A stretch of DNA of 61,140 nt from NCBI GenBank assembly GCA_045576795.1, contig JAZNHE010000019.1, forward strand, positions 1 through 61,140. Reading direction: 5' to 3'. The notes beneath the pieces are model-generated. The model ran no database searches. It saw only the letters and a program-made list of their open reading frames with translations, and was not told the DNA's origin. The DNA comes from Eubacteriales bacterium (GTDB lineage Bacteria; Bacillota; Clostridia; Oscillospirales; CAG-272). The position numbers and the translations under genes were made by a program. This document shows, one piece after another, positions 19,388 to 28,992 of this stretch (position 1 is its first letter; each line of letters begins with the position of its first letter).

Positions 19388-21595
19388 ATGCAAAATCCTA
19401 TTTTTTCAGCCAAATTTATAACCGCGGGGCTTACCCTTGGAGAGAAGTGCCCGATATTTATGAAAAAATTCAGTATTGACGGAGCTGTAAAGCGCGCCGT
19501 TATGCACGTAAGTGCGCTCGGCGTTTACGAAGCAAAAATCAATGGCAAGAGAATATGCAACGACTATATGCTCCCGGGCTGGACAGAGTACAAGAAAAGA
19601 CTGCAATATCAGTCCTATGACGTTACAAGTCTGCTCGCGGAGAATAACGAGATACGCATAGGTGCAGGTCACGGCTGGTGGGGACTCAAGATAAACGACG
19701 AAAGACGCGTGTTCGGCACACCGAAGGACTACCCCTCGGTAATAGCCGCCCTTGAGATAACGTTCAATGACGGTAAAAAGCTTGTTATCCCGACGGACGA
19801 GAGCTGGAAATACTGTGAGAGCGCAGTACAACGCTCGCATATATATCACGGCGAGGTCATAGATAACCGCATAGAAATACTGCCGTATGAAAAATGCTCT
19901 CCCGTTTCAATACTTGATACGGACAAATCCGTATTAATTCCACACGAGGGGCCGTATGTAAGGGAAATTGAACGCCTCGGTGTCAAGAAAATTATTCATT
20001 CACCTATGAACGAAACCATCCTTGACTTTGGTCAGGAAATCACCGGCACTGTGGAGTTTACGCTTGATGCCGAGGGCGGTGAGAGAATAAAGCTCTATCA
20101 CGGCGAGGTGCTTGACAAGGATGGAAACTTCTACAACGCAAACTACCGCGAGGCAGAAGCACTTATTGACTACACCGCATCATCGGGCAGACAAACGTAC
20201 AAGGCGTATTACACCTTCTTTGGCTTCAGATATATAAAGGTCGAGGGATGGCCGGGAGAGATCACCAAGGAGTCCTTCAGCGCAATAGTTCTTCATTCCG
20301 ATATGAAGCGTACGGGATATTTTAAGTGCGGTCACGCCAAGCTGAATAAGCTGTACGAAAACATTATATGGGGACAGAGAGATAACTATCTTGACATTCC
20401 CACAGACTGTCCGCAAAGAGATGAGCGACTCGGATGGACGGGCGACACACAGATGTTCGCAAGAACGGGTGCGATAAACTACGATACGGAGAAATTCTTC
20501 TTAAAATGGTTAAGAGACGCACAGGCATCTCAATTTGATAACGGCGGTATGCCACACACGGTGCCCCGTGTGGCACATTGGCCCGTAGGTCTTGACTCCT
20601 CTGCGGCATGGGGAGACGCGGCATGCATCGTACCGTGGGAAATCTATTTTGCATATAACAACAAGGCGTTGCTCAAGGAATGCTACCCCATGATGAAAAA
20701 ATGGGTGCACTATATCCTCAATATGCCGGGTAAAAAGTACCTGTGGCAAAACGGAAATCACTTCGGCGATTGGCTCGGACTCGACGCGCCTGCCGGATCA
20801 TATCTCGGCTCTACCAACTGCGAGCTGATAGCAACAGCATTCTTCTACCGTTCAACGTGCATACTAACAGAAGCGTCAAAGGTGCTCGGCTACAAGCACG
20901 AAAAATATGAGGAAATGGCGAAGAAAATCAAGAGCGCATTCCTCAGCGCATACGTGAAGCGAGGAAAATTAATTTCCGATACGCAGACCGCCCACGTGTT
21001 AACCTTGCATTTCGGACTTGTTGACGATATTCCCGAGTTAAAGTCAAAGCTCGCAGACAGACTTATCGAGCTTGTGGAGGCTGCAGGTGACGCATTGCAG
21101 ACCGGTTTTGTCGGAACTCCGTATCTTCTCGACGTTCTGACTGAAATAGGCAGACCTGACAAAGCATATAAGCTTCTCCTTCGGGAAGAATTCCCGTCGT
21201 GGCTATTCTCTGTCAATATGGGAGCAACAACCGTATGGGAGCATTGGGACAGTATGCGTGAGGACGGATCATTCTGGAGCACGGATATGAACTCGTTCAA
21301 TCACTACGCTTACGGAGCTTGTGCATCCTGGTTCTACCGTACAATATGCGGTATAAAGCCCCTCGATCCCGGTTACCGTGTGATAGAAATCGCGCCTATT
21401 CCCTCTCGCGAGCTTGGATTTGCAAAGGCAAGAATAGAAACGAGAAGCGGCACTGTTATGTCCGGTTGGACATACGAGACCGAGGGAGTAAGATATACCT
21501 TCACTGTTCCTGATGGCGTTGTGGCACACGTGAGAATAGACGGTAGCTGCTACGAGCTTGCAGGCGGCTCATACACTATGTGGGGAAAGGCTTAA
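19388..21595 (+). CDS. Alpha-L-rhamnosidase (GH78)
   Basis: 735 aa. DCPQRDERLGWTGD motif and bacterial rhamnosidase domain order. Confidence 0.87.
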   Translation: MQNPIFSAKFITAGLTLGEKCPIFMKKFSIDGAVKRAVMHVSALGVYEAKINGKRICNDYMLPGWTEYKKRLQYQSYDVTSLLAENNEIRIGAGHGWWGLKINDERRVFGTPKDYPSVIAALEITFNDGKKLVIPTDESWKYCESAVQRSHIYHGEVIDNRIEILPYEKCSPVSILDTDKSVLIPHEGPYVREIERLGVKKIIHSPMNETILDFGQEITGTVEFTLDAEGGERIKLYHGEVLDKDGNFYNANYREAEALIDYTASSGRQTYKAYYTFFGFRYIKVEGWPGEITKESFSAIVLHSDMKRTGYFKCGHAKLNKLYENIIWGQRDNYLDIPTDCPQRDERLGWTGDTQMFARTGAINYDTEKFFLKWLRDAQASQFDNGGMPHTVPRVAHWPVGLDSSAAWGDAACIVPWEIYFAYNNKALLKECYPMMKKWVHYILNMPGKKYLWQNGNHFGDWLGLDAPAGSYLGSTNCELIATAFFYRSTCILTEASKVLGYKHEKYEEMAKKIKSAFLSAYVKRGKLISDTQTAHVLTLHFGLVDDIPELKSKLADRLIELVEAAGDALQTGFVGTPYLLDVLTEIGRPDKAYKLLLREEFPSWLFSVNMGATTVWEHWDSMREDGSFWSTDMNSFNHYAYGACASWFYRTICGIKPLDPGYRVIEIAPIPSRELGFAKARIETRSGTVMSGWTYETEGVRYTFTVPDGVVAHVRIDGSCYELAGGSYTMWGKA

Positions 21596-21621
21596 CACAT
21601 CGTAGCATATTCAAGCATTAT

Positions 21622-21670
21622 AAAAAAGAGTGGACACTACAGCAAATGCCGTGTGCCCACTCTTTGTTTT
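21622..21670. terminator. Bidirectional intrinsic terminator
   Basis: Stem GAGTGG (21628-21633) / CCACTC (21657-21662) with inner ACAC/GTGT. An A-run precedes and TTTGTTTT follows, so it works on both strands. Confidence 0.6.
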
Positions 21671-21724
21671 GCACAATATCTATTTGTCGATTTTCTAAAA
21701 TCCGATCTGCTATTTTGATCAAGT

Positions 21725-22013
21725 GGCGTATCTTCATACGTCGAGAGGCGAAAACCGATGTTTCGAGCCGGGATTTTGTGGGAAAACGATGGTTCTTCGT
21801 ATCGATAGGCGTATCTTCATACGTCGAGATGCGAAAACCGATGTTTTCAGCCGGGATTTTGTGGGAAAACGATGGTTCTTCGTATCGATAGGCGTATCTT
21901 CATACGTCGAGAGGCGAAAGCCGATGCTTTCAACCGGGATTTTGTGGGAAAACGATGGTTCTTCGTATCGATAGGCGTATCTTCATACGTCGAGATACGA
22001 AAACCGATGTTTT
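21725..22013. repeat. 83-bp tandem repeat, 3.5 copies
   Basis: Units start at 21725, 21808, 21891 and 21974 (partial), with exact 83-nt spacing. Units are near-identical except for a ~10-nt variable patch inside a hairpin. Confidence 0.95.
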
Positions 22014-22021
22014 CACCAAAA

Positions 22022-22249
22022 TCAGAAAAGATTATCCCTGCCGAAGTAGAGGGAGCGGCGCTCTTCCTCGCTCAATTCTTCTATATCTTTACCTGCGCGC
22101 ATCGCTGTCCAGGCTCTGTTGGGAACAGGAGGATTGAATGCGGGCGGAGAAATCTCGGGTACGTTAATTCCGGGTACAGAATTGGTTTGTCCGGGCAAAT
22201 ACCTATCGTCACCGTCCGGGTTTATATCCTTATATTCTTTATCTTTCAT
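22022..22249 (-). CDS. Small hypothetical protein (75 aa, Pro-rich middle, acidic C-terminal helix)
   Basis: ATG at 22249 is preceded by AAGGTAGGTG. Product is MKDKEYKDINPDGDDRYLPGQTNSVPGINVPEISPPAFNPPVPNRAW...EELSEEERRSLYFGRDNLF. No family recognised. Confidence 0.45.
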   Translation of the reverse strand: MKDKEYKDINPDGDDRYLPGQTNSVPGINVPEISPPAFNPPVPNRAWTAMRAGKDIEELSEEERRSLYFGRDNLF

Positions 22250-22322
22250 AAAAACACCTACCTTTCTATGTGGTGTTTTTATTTTTCCGCACATGATGAG
22301 TTTTATGCTTACAATTTTTGCT

Positions 22323-22365
22323 TAAAAAAATCAAAACGGCACGCCACAAATCCATGGCATGCCGT
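22323..22365 (-). terminator. Rho-independent terminator after the 445-aa GH-like gene
   Basis: Stem ACGGCACGCC (22336-22345) / GGCATGCCGT (22356-22365, one mismatch). The rc strand is followed by TTTTGATTTTTTT. Confidence 0.6.
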
Positions 22366-22402
22366 TAAATTTTGCATAAAATCTATACACGGGTAGTATG
22401 TA

Positions 22403-23740
22403 TTATGAGAACGTTAGGAAATATACCTCGTTCTTACCGACTCTGAGGGTGATAGTGTTATCCCTCAGCGCAAGGTTCTTTTCCTCAGTAAAGAAGCCTG
22501 CTCCGCGATCGCCACCGCCTATTATTCCCTTGATACTGTACCTCTTGAACTCGGAATTTTCGAGATTGATCTCGATAACGCCGCTATAATTTTCCGTAGT
22601 GAAAACAAGCGCGCCCGTATCGTTATTAGACGTCGCCAAGGAGTAGAGCTCACGGCGGTAATCGGCGGTACTGTCAACAACACTGCCGAGAGATGCAAGA
22701 GAGCTGAATGCCGACATAACGTGGTATGATGCATACATTTTCTTGTTTCTGCCATCGTCGAGAGTATAAATCGGATTATACTCATAGTGCGGCTCGGGCT
22801 TGGTCAAAAACATCATATCTATATCGCTCTTTTGCGCCACGATAAGCGCACGTGCAAGGCGTGAGGGATAGTTTCTCTCAAGATATGAGCCGTCCTTTGT
22901 ATCCTTAAGGCAGAATTCCGTGACAATGCTCTGCGTTTTTCTGAAATACGGTTGATTCAAATATGACGTGGCATAATTGCCGTGCAGATCAAGCTCCTCC
23001 GGTGAATCCGCATAGCACTTCCACGATAGGAAGTCGAGCGGTGCCACCTTCTCCATAGCGACCATTCGCAAGAAGTCCTCAAGGAACGTGACGTATCCCT
23101 TCTCCTTTTCGGTGCTGTCGTAATGATTAAGTCCCGAGAAGCCTCCGGAGGAATATGCGCCTACTTTAAGCTTTGGAAATACCTCTTTGAGATAGGTTGA
23201 CACCTCTTTGTAAAAGAGATAGTATTCTTCCGCAGTGCCTCCCCATCCCTCGTAGGTGTCGGCATCGCACATTATCTCCACGTACTTAATTCCCCATTTA
23301 TATCCGTTAGCCCAGCCCTTGTTATAATGCTCGATGACTTTTGCGAATATACGTGCTATTTTTGCCGCATTATGTGGGGGGCGTGTGTATTTTTTAATCT
23401 CGTACGGCTCTCTTGATTCACCGAGTCTTAAAAATATCTCGGCGCCCACGTCCTTGATGGCTGCGAGATATTTATCGGTTGGAGCGAAATTATATGATGC
23501 CTCAAATCTCTCATCAAGTGACATGTCGGGAAATATACAGTGTAAATCAAGATATCTTGACGATGCATACGGAGCTTCCGGTGCGGAAACTCTTACGAGC
23601 GGAGGCTTCATCTCCTTATACTGTTCTGAAAAATCGTACTGCATATCAAGACCGAATTTCGGTCCGTTGTTAAGACAATTTATAGGCTTGATCTTTGCGG
23701 TTTTTCTCGAAAAGTCTACGTTTACCGATCTTTTGATCAT
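22403..23740 (-). CDS. Putative clan GH-A TIM-barrel glycoside hydrolase (GH39-like?)
   Basis: 445 aa, cytoplasmic. IVTEF looks like a candidate nucleophile segment. General resemblance only, so the family call is weak. Confidence 0.4.
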   Translation of the reverse strand: MIKRSVNVDFSRKTAKIKPINCLNNGPKFGLDMQYDFSEQYKEMKPPLVRVSAPEAPYASSRYLDLHCIFPDMSLDERFEASYNFAPTDKYLAAIKDVGAEIFLRLGESREPYEIKKYTRPPHNAAKIARIFAKVIEHYNKGWANGYKWGIKYVEIMCDADTYEGWGGTAEEYYLFYKEVSTYLKEVFPKLKVGAYSSGGFSGLNHYDSTEKEKGYVTFLEDFLRMVAMEKVAPLDFLSWKCYADSPEELDLHGNYATSYLNQPYFRKTQSIVTEFCLKDTKDGSYLERNYPSRLARALIVAQKSDIDMMFLTKPEPHYEYNPIYTLDDGRNKKMYASYHVMSAFSSLASLGSVVDSTADYRRELYSLATSNNDTGALVFTTENYSGVIEINLENSEFKRYSIKGIIGGGDRGAGFFTEEKNLALRDNTITLRVGKNEVYFLTFS

Positions 23741-23763
23741 CGCATCTTTTCCTTTCTTTTTAA

Positions 23764-24711
23764 CTATGCTTGGGAGTCCGACCTTTCATCAAAGGTCCAG
23801 CCCTCACCGTTTATCTCGTGTGCACGGTGCACCGTAACAAATGCGTTCTTGTCTATTGCGGCAATCATTGCGGTAAATTCCGCGTACTGACGCATCGCAA
23901 ATGTAACGATTACCATCTTTTTATTCTGTCCGGAATATCCTCCGACTGCATCAACTATCGTAGTTGTACGGTCAAGCTTATTGATAACCGCATCGTTAAT
24001 CTCTTCATATTTATCAGAAACTATGTGCGCGATAAATGCAGAGGACTCCCCAAGGAAAATTTTATCTATTGAAATTGCGCATATAAGAGCAGATGTAATA
24101 CCGAGCATTGTAAGAATCAGGTCGTCTATTGCAAACATACCGAGAATAATTATCGCCGCATCACATATAAAGAATGCCGTGGAGCTCTTAAGCCGTCTGA
24201 AGTACCTGGCCATTGCAAGTGCAATAACATCCATTCCTCCCGTAGATCCGCCACCGAGGAACGTAAGAGCGCATCCTGCGCCTATACACGCTCCACCGAA
24301 AACGGTAGCGATTACAATCACCACAGAGCTGTATTCACTGACGTAGGTGTTAAGATTAAGGAACGGATTATTCAAGAGATTGCGCATAAGCCAAAGTGCT
24401 ACGGGGTACACCGCAGTAGATATAAGAGTCTTGGCGGCAAACGACCTACCAAGAAGAAAATATCCGATAACGAACAGCACCCAGTTTGTTATTGATGCAT
24501 AGGTATCCGCTTGAACAGATGAAAGAGCATCAATATGCGACAAGAGGCTGTGAAGAATTATTCCTATACCGGACACTCCGCCCGTTACCAGATCAAACGG
24601 GAATATGAAAAGCTGTGAGCCGAAAGCAAGCACAACCGTTCCAACAATTATCAAGGACACGTTTTTAATAGTAATGAGTATTTCTTTTTTCGTTTTCGGT
24701 AATCGTTGCAT
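23764..24711 (-). CDS. YitT-family membrane protein (DUF161 repeats + DUF2179)
   Basis: Six or so TM helices with GG(V/S)(S/T)G(G)xD repeats and a C-terminal soluble DUF2179-like domain. Confidence 0.8.
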   Translation of the reverse strand: MQRLPKTKKEILITIKNVSLIIVGTVVLAFGSQLFIFPFDLVTGGVSGIGIILHSLLSHIDALSSVQADTYASITNWVLFVIGYFLLGRSFAAKTLISTAVYPVALWLMRNLLNNPFLNLNTYVSEYSSVVIVIATVFGGACIGAGCALTFLGGGSTGGMDVIALAMARYFRRLKSSTAFFICDAAIIILGMFAIDDLILTMLGITSALICAISIDKIFLGESSAFIAHIVSDKYEEINDAVINKLDRTTTIVDAVGGYSGQNKKMVIVTFAMRQYAEFTAMIAAIDKNAFVTVHRAHEINGEGWTFDERSDSQA

Positions 24712-24790
24712 CGTATTATCCCCTTAACGTAAATTATGCGAGCACTATGCCCATATTAGAGTAAAAATCGTGAAAAAACTTAACACGGTA

Positions 24791-26668
24791 CTAATCAAGC
24801 TCGATTATCTCGTGGTAAAGATCGGCGTATCTGCCACCGAGCTGTAGTAGCTCGTCGTGGTCGCCTCTCTCAACTATTCTTCCCTTTTCGAGAACCATTA
24901 TTGCATTTGATTTTCTTACAGTTGAGAGGCGGTGCGCAATAACGAAGGTCGTCTTATTTTCCATAAGCCGAGCCATTCCCTCCTCGATGTGCTTCTCCGT
25001 CCTCGTATCGACCGAGCTGGTAGCCTCATCAAGTATGAGGATAGGCGCACGGCTGATTGCCGCTCTTGCTATGTTGAGAAGCTGACGCTGTCCCTGTGAA
25101 AGATTTGCGCCGTCGTTCTCAAGGACTGTATCATATCCGTTCTCTAAGTTCATTATGAAGCTGTGCGCGGATGCCATCTTTGCCGCCGCGATTACTTCCT
25201 CGTCAGTAGCGTCAAGCCTGCCGTATCGGATATTTTCTCGCACGGTATCGGTAAAGAGGTGTGTATCCTGCAATACCATTGCCACGTTCTTTCTTAAAGT
25301 TGAACGACGTATCTTTTCAATGGGAATGCCGTCGATAGTGATAGTCCCCTCTTTAATATCATAGAACCTCGAGAGAAGATTGGTGACGGTGGTTTTACCT
25401 GCACCCGTAGAGCCTACGAACGCAATTTTCTGTCCCGGCTTTGCATACAGCGAAATGTTGTGAAGCACGGTTGTATCAGGAGTGTAACCAAACGACACGT
25501 TGTCAAGGACGATGTGTCCTACAAGCTTCTCGGGAGAAACCGCATCCTCGTCCTCCGTCTCACCCTGCTCGTCAAGCACGTCAAACACTCGCTCTGCACC
25601 TGCAAGGGCGGAGAGTATGACGTTGAGCTGCATGGATATTTCATTGATAGGTCTGTTGAATGAGCGCGTAAAATTGAGGGAAATAGCAAGTCCTCCGTAA
25701 TCAAATCCGCTAAGCGCAACAAGCACACCGCCAACACACGCGACTATGCCGTAAGAAACATTGCATAGCTGATGGGTAACAGGGCCCATAATTCCCGATC
25801 GGAACTGCGCCTTTATCTGCGATGAGGCAAGCTGCTCATTCAAGAATTCAAATTCATCGGTTGCCACCGCCTCGTGATTAAAGACCTTAACAACCTTCTG
25901 TCCCGATATGATTTCTTCGGAAAATCCATTCAGTATACCGAGAGATTTTTGTTGCTCTTTGTAAGCGGTTCTACCTTTTTTAAGTATCGCTCTGCTAACT
26001 ATTGTTAGCAAAGGCGTCATTATTAGCGTGATAAGTCCGAGTATCCAGTTGGTGTATATCATAAGCACAACAGTGCCTATAAGGGTTATAACTCCGGAGA
26101 TTATCTGTATCAGAGTTGTATTGAGCATCTCACCGACGGTATCCACGTCGTTAGTGAATCTACTCATAATATCGCCTGCACGATGCGTATCAAAATATCT
26201 TACCGGCAGGGTTTGTATTTTCCTGTAAAGCTCGCTCCTCATACGCTTGAGAGAGCGTTGCGAAACAGCCAGCATCAATCTCTGCTGTGCCCATTGTGAA
26301 ATTATGGATACGGCATAGACAAGTGCCATCACACCTATACCGACAGTAAGTCTTAAGAGTCGCTCCTTAGGAGTACGTGTGGCATCTGTCAGTGAGTTTA
26401 CAACAGGACGCAGCATATACGACGACACAAGTGACGCCGCGGTATAAAGCATGGAGAAAATCAGAGCCGTAATAAGCAGTCCCTTCTCATGCGCGAGATA
26501 TGAAAGCAATCTTCCGAGAGATTTGAGAGCATTTTTGGGTTTTCCGCCCATGCCGGCGTGACCACCGGGACCGCGTCTGCCCATAACGTTCATTTCTTTT
26601 TTGCCGCCCTCTGCAGTTTGCGAATACTTCGCGGCAAATCTTTCGCTTCTTGTTACGGAATTCATCAC
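24791..26668 (-). CDS. ABC exporter, fused permease/ATPase (heterodimer partner B)
   Basis: Six-TM domain plus Walker A GSTGAGKTT, signature LSQGQRQ and Walker B ILILDEATS. Confidence 0.88.
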   Translation of the reverse strand: MMNSVTRSERFAAKYSQTAEGGKKEMNVMGRRGPGGHAGMGGKPKNALKSLGRLLSYLAHEKGLLITALIFSMLYTAASLVSSYMLRPVVNSLTDATRTPKERLLRLTVGIGVMALVYAVSIISQWAQQRLMLAVSQRSLKRMRSELYRKIQTLPVRYFDTHRAGDIMSRFTNDVDTVGEMLNTTLIQIISGVITLIGTVVLMIYTNWILGLITLIMTPLLTIVSRAILKKGRTAYKEQQKSLGILNGFSEEIISGQKVVKVFNHEAVATDEFEFLNEQLASSQIKAQFRSGIMGPVTHQLCNVSYGIVACVGGVLVALSGFDYGGLAISLNFTRSFNRPINEISMQLNVILSALAGAERVFDVLDEQGETEDEDAVSPEKLVGHIVLDNVSFGYTPDTTVLHNISLYAKPGQKIAFVGSTGAGKTTVTNLLSRFYDIKEGTITIDGIPIEKIRRSTLRKNVAMVLQDTHLFTDTVRENIRYGRLDATDEEVIAAAKMASAHSFIMNLENGYDTVLENDGANLSQGQRQLLNIARAAISRAPILILDEATSSVDTRTEKHIEEGMARLMENKTTFVIAHRLSTVRKSNAIMVLEKGRIVERGDHDELLQLGGRYADLYHEIIELD

Positions 26669-28398
26669 TCATCGACCTCCTCATCCTTTTGCGAGAGGTA
26701 GATCTCACGGTATTCCTCGCAAGATTTCATAAGCTCGCGGTGCTTGCCTATGCCAACTACTCTGCCCTCGTCCATTACGATTATCTTATCGGCATCCATA
26801 ACGGACTGTATTCTCTGTGCTATAATTATCTTTGTTACACCGACAAGCTCCTCTCGGAATGCGCGTCTTATGGAGGCGTCGGTCGCGGTATCAACCGCGC
26901 TGGTGGAGTCATCAAGAATAATTATCGACGGACGCTTCAGCAGTGCTCTTGCAATACAGACCCTCTGCTTCTGACCTCCGGAAAGTCTTGATCCCTCTCT
27001 GCCTATTTCTGTATTATATCCGTCCTCAAACGAGGTGATAAAGTCGTGAGCCTGTGCTATTTTTGCTACACGGGTGAGGTCTTCATCCGTTGCATGCTCA
27101 TTTCCCCATCTCAAATTCTCGGCAATGGTTCCGGCAAAAAGCGTGTTCTTCTGAAGCACGCAGGAGATGCCCTCTCTGAGATTGTATAGCGAGTAATCCT
27201 TTACAGAAATACCGTCAACAAGCACCTCTCCCTCTGTAACATCGTAGAGTCTTGGTATCATTGAGATGAGCGTGGTTTTGCCCGATCCGGTAGAGCCTAT
27301 AATGCCAACAAGCTCTCCCGATTCTATCTTAAGATTTATATCACTTAACACGTTATCTGTATTATTCTCATAATAGCGGAACGATACGTTTCTGAACTCT
27401 ATTTCGCCACGGGTGACAAGCTTGTCCTTCTCCTTTGCGTCCTTGTCGTGCAGATTTATATCTGCCTCCATGACCTCTTTTATTCTTCTGTGCGATGCCG
27501 CAGCTCTCGTGCCCTGCAAAATGATATTTGCAAGGAACGTAAGTGCCATAAGTATCTGTGTAAGATAGGTGATAAAGGCGGTGAGAGTTCCGACGGTCAT
27601 ATCGCCAACCATTATCTGCTTGCCGGAAATCCAAACCACAAGCAAAGTGGTGATATTTATCGCAAGAGTGGAAACGGGCATCATAAACAGCATTATCTTC
27701 AGAGCCGACGTGCTCTTATTAACGAGGTCACCGTTTTTCTCCTCAAATCGCTCTATCTCGTAGTCCTCTCTTACAAAGGACTTAATGACTCGCTGATTTG
27801 TTACCGTTTCTCCTATATTGCTATTAAGACCGTCGAGTGCCGCTTGCATTTTAGTATAGCGCGGACTCGCTATCTTTATAATAATGAATATTCCGAGTGC
27901 CATAAACGGAATTATAGCAAATATAACCCACGCCAGCTCGCGCTTGAGGGTAAACGACATAATCAGTGCGCCTATAAGCATTATAGGACTGCGGAACATA
28001 CCGCGAAGGAGCGTTCCTGTAAAGTTCTGTATCTGTGTTACGTCGTTTGTTATACGGGTTATCAAGGAACCCGTGGTAAAATCATCTATGTTGGAAAATG
28101 AAAACTTCTGTATTCTCTTGAACACATCAAGCCTTACCCCTGCGGCAAGTCTTGCTGCACCACGGATAGCAAAATTTGCTCCGAGAATACCCGTAATCAT
28201 CATGAAAACAGCCAGCAAAACCATATACAGACCGTTTATCAGTATGTAATCAACATCTCCGTTTGCCGCGCCCTTATCTATGATATTGGCATTTATGTAC
28301 GGCAGTATAAATTCTCCGCATGCCTCCAAAATCATGAACAGAGGTCCGAGCAAAAAGCTATACCAGTATTTTCCGGCATATTTTGTATATTGCTTCAT
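26665..28398 (-). CDS. ABC exporter, fused permease/ATPase (heterodimer partner A)
   Basis: Walker A GSTGSGKTT, signature LSGGQKQR, Walker B IIILDDSTS. 4-nt overlap with the partner gene. Confidence 0.88.
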   Translation of the reverse strand: MKQYTKYAGKYWYSFLLGPLFMILEACGEFILPYINANIIDKGAANGDVDYILINGLYMVLLAVFMMITGILGANFAIRGAARLAAGVRLDVFKRIQKFSFSNIDDFTTGSLITRITNDVTQIQNFTGTLLRGMFRSPIMLIGALIMSFTLKRELAWVIFAIIPFMALGIFIIIKIASPRYTKMQAALDGLNSNIGETVTNQRVIKSFVREDYEIERFEEKNGDLVNKSTSALKIMLFMMPVSTLAINITTLLVVWISGKQIMVGDMTVGTLTAFITYLTQILMALTFLANIILQGTRAAASHRRIKEVMEADINLHDKDAKEKDKLVTRGEIEFRNVSFRYYENNTDNVLSDINLKIESGELVGIIGSTGSGKTTLISMIPRLYDVTEGEVLVDGISVKDYSLYNLREGISCVLQKNTLFAGTIAENLRWGNEHATDEDLTRVAKIAQAHDFITSFEDGYNTEIGREGSRLSGGQKQRVCIARALLKRPSIIILDDSTSAVDTATDASIRRAFREELVGVTKIIIAQRIQSVMDADKIIVMDEGRVVGIGKHRELMKSCEEYREIYLSQKDEEVDE

Positions 28399-28431
28399 CT
28401 TTTTAACTCCTTGGGACTATTCCATCTTATA

Positions 28432-28460
28432 ATTATAAAGCAAATTCAAGAATTTGTCAA
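28432..28460 (-). promoter_or_regulatory. sigma70-type promoter of the ABC exporter operon
   Basis: rc strand reads TTGACA (28460-28455), 17 nt, TATAAT (28437-28432). Confidence 0.6.
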
Positions 28461-28557
28461 TGATTTCAAAAGCATTTTCAAATCATAAAAGACCGATATT
28501 TCGTCTTTTTTCAACCCCCTTACAAATAGTTTTCTTACACATTTCTCTTCTAATATG

Positions 28558-28586
28558 TTGACATTTTCACAGCTATGTGATAGAAT
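28558..28586 (+). promoter_or_regulatory. sigma70-type promoter driving the tRNA-Arg transcription unit
   Basis: TTGACA (28558-28563), 17 nt, TAGAAT (28581-28586) with extended -10 TGa. Confidence 0.7.
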
Positions 28587-28645
28587 ATATGAGCGCAACG
28601 GCATAAATCTCGCAACCGCTCCAAAAAGTGCAAATCACAGCCGAG

Positions 28646-28668
28646 CATAACGCCTGCATAGTTAAATG
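28646..28668 (+). pseudogene. Truncated 5' copy of tRNA-Arg(CCT): leader + acceptor 5' strand + D-arm start
   Basis: CATAACGCCTGCATAGTTAAATG matches 28987-29009 at 22 of 23 positions. It diverges completely after the D-loop G. Confidence 0.85.
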
Positions 28669-28986
28669 TAGCAAGCTAAAAACAACTGAGTGTTGTTTTT
28701 GGCGTAGCGAAACCACCCAAAGCAAAGATCAGGCAAAGCTGAATTTGTTTTTATCCGACGCATACCGCTTGCGGTATATTGCGTTATTCGTCGTGTACGA
28801 CCGACGAATAGCAAACTATGCGACGGTGGCGTAATATAATAAGCCCCTCATAAATAATAGGTCTATTCTACAGGATAGCCCGAAACGCCATTGGGATAGG
28901 CTCAACACCACAAGGATTTTGTGTCCTAAATCTGCCAAACGAAGTTTTGTACGTCATTTCTACACCCGAGTGCCAATACAACTAAA
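28669..28986 (+). ncRNA. Candidate structured non-coding insert co-transcribed with tRNA-Arg (unclassified)
   Basis: No SD-preceded ORF. Stacked hairpins: 12-bp GCTAAAAACAAC/GTTGTTTTTGGC (28675-28703); ACGCA-TACCG-CTTG-CGGTA-TAT-TGCGT (28758-28784); ATTCGTCG/CGACGAAT (28786-28809); GGCGT/ACGCC (28828-28889). There is no terminator until after the tRNA. Confidence 0.4.
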
Positions 28987-28992
28987 CATCAC

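Noticed and set aside
21725-22013. CRISPR array (also considered for 33537-33729 and 40109-40243).
   Set aside because: Whole units are conserved with no unique spacers. The unit sizes (83, 22, 28 bp) and degeneracy do not fit a repeat-spacer architecture. There are no cas genes in the window.
21580-22396. ORF-track proteins 21580..21891, 21723..21974, 21872..22396 and 21955..22137 (+) with repeated peptide segments.
   Set aside because: They are read across an 83-bp tandem repeat, which is not a multiple of 3. The same DNA is therefore translated in shifting frames. There is no SD, and they lie between two terminators. These are artefacts of the repeat.
28628-28834. 68-aa ORF inside the tRNA-Arg leader/insert.
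   Set aside because: It has no SD, starts within the promoter-proximal leader, and runs through the strongest predicted RNA helices. The product is compositionally implausible.
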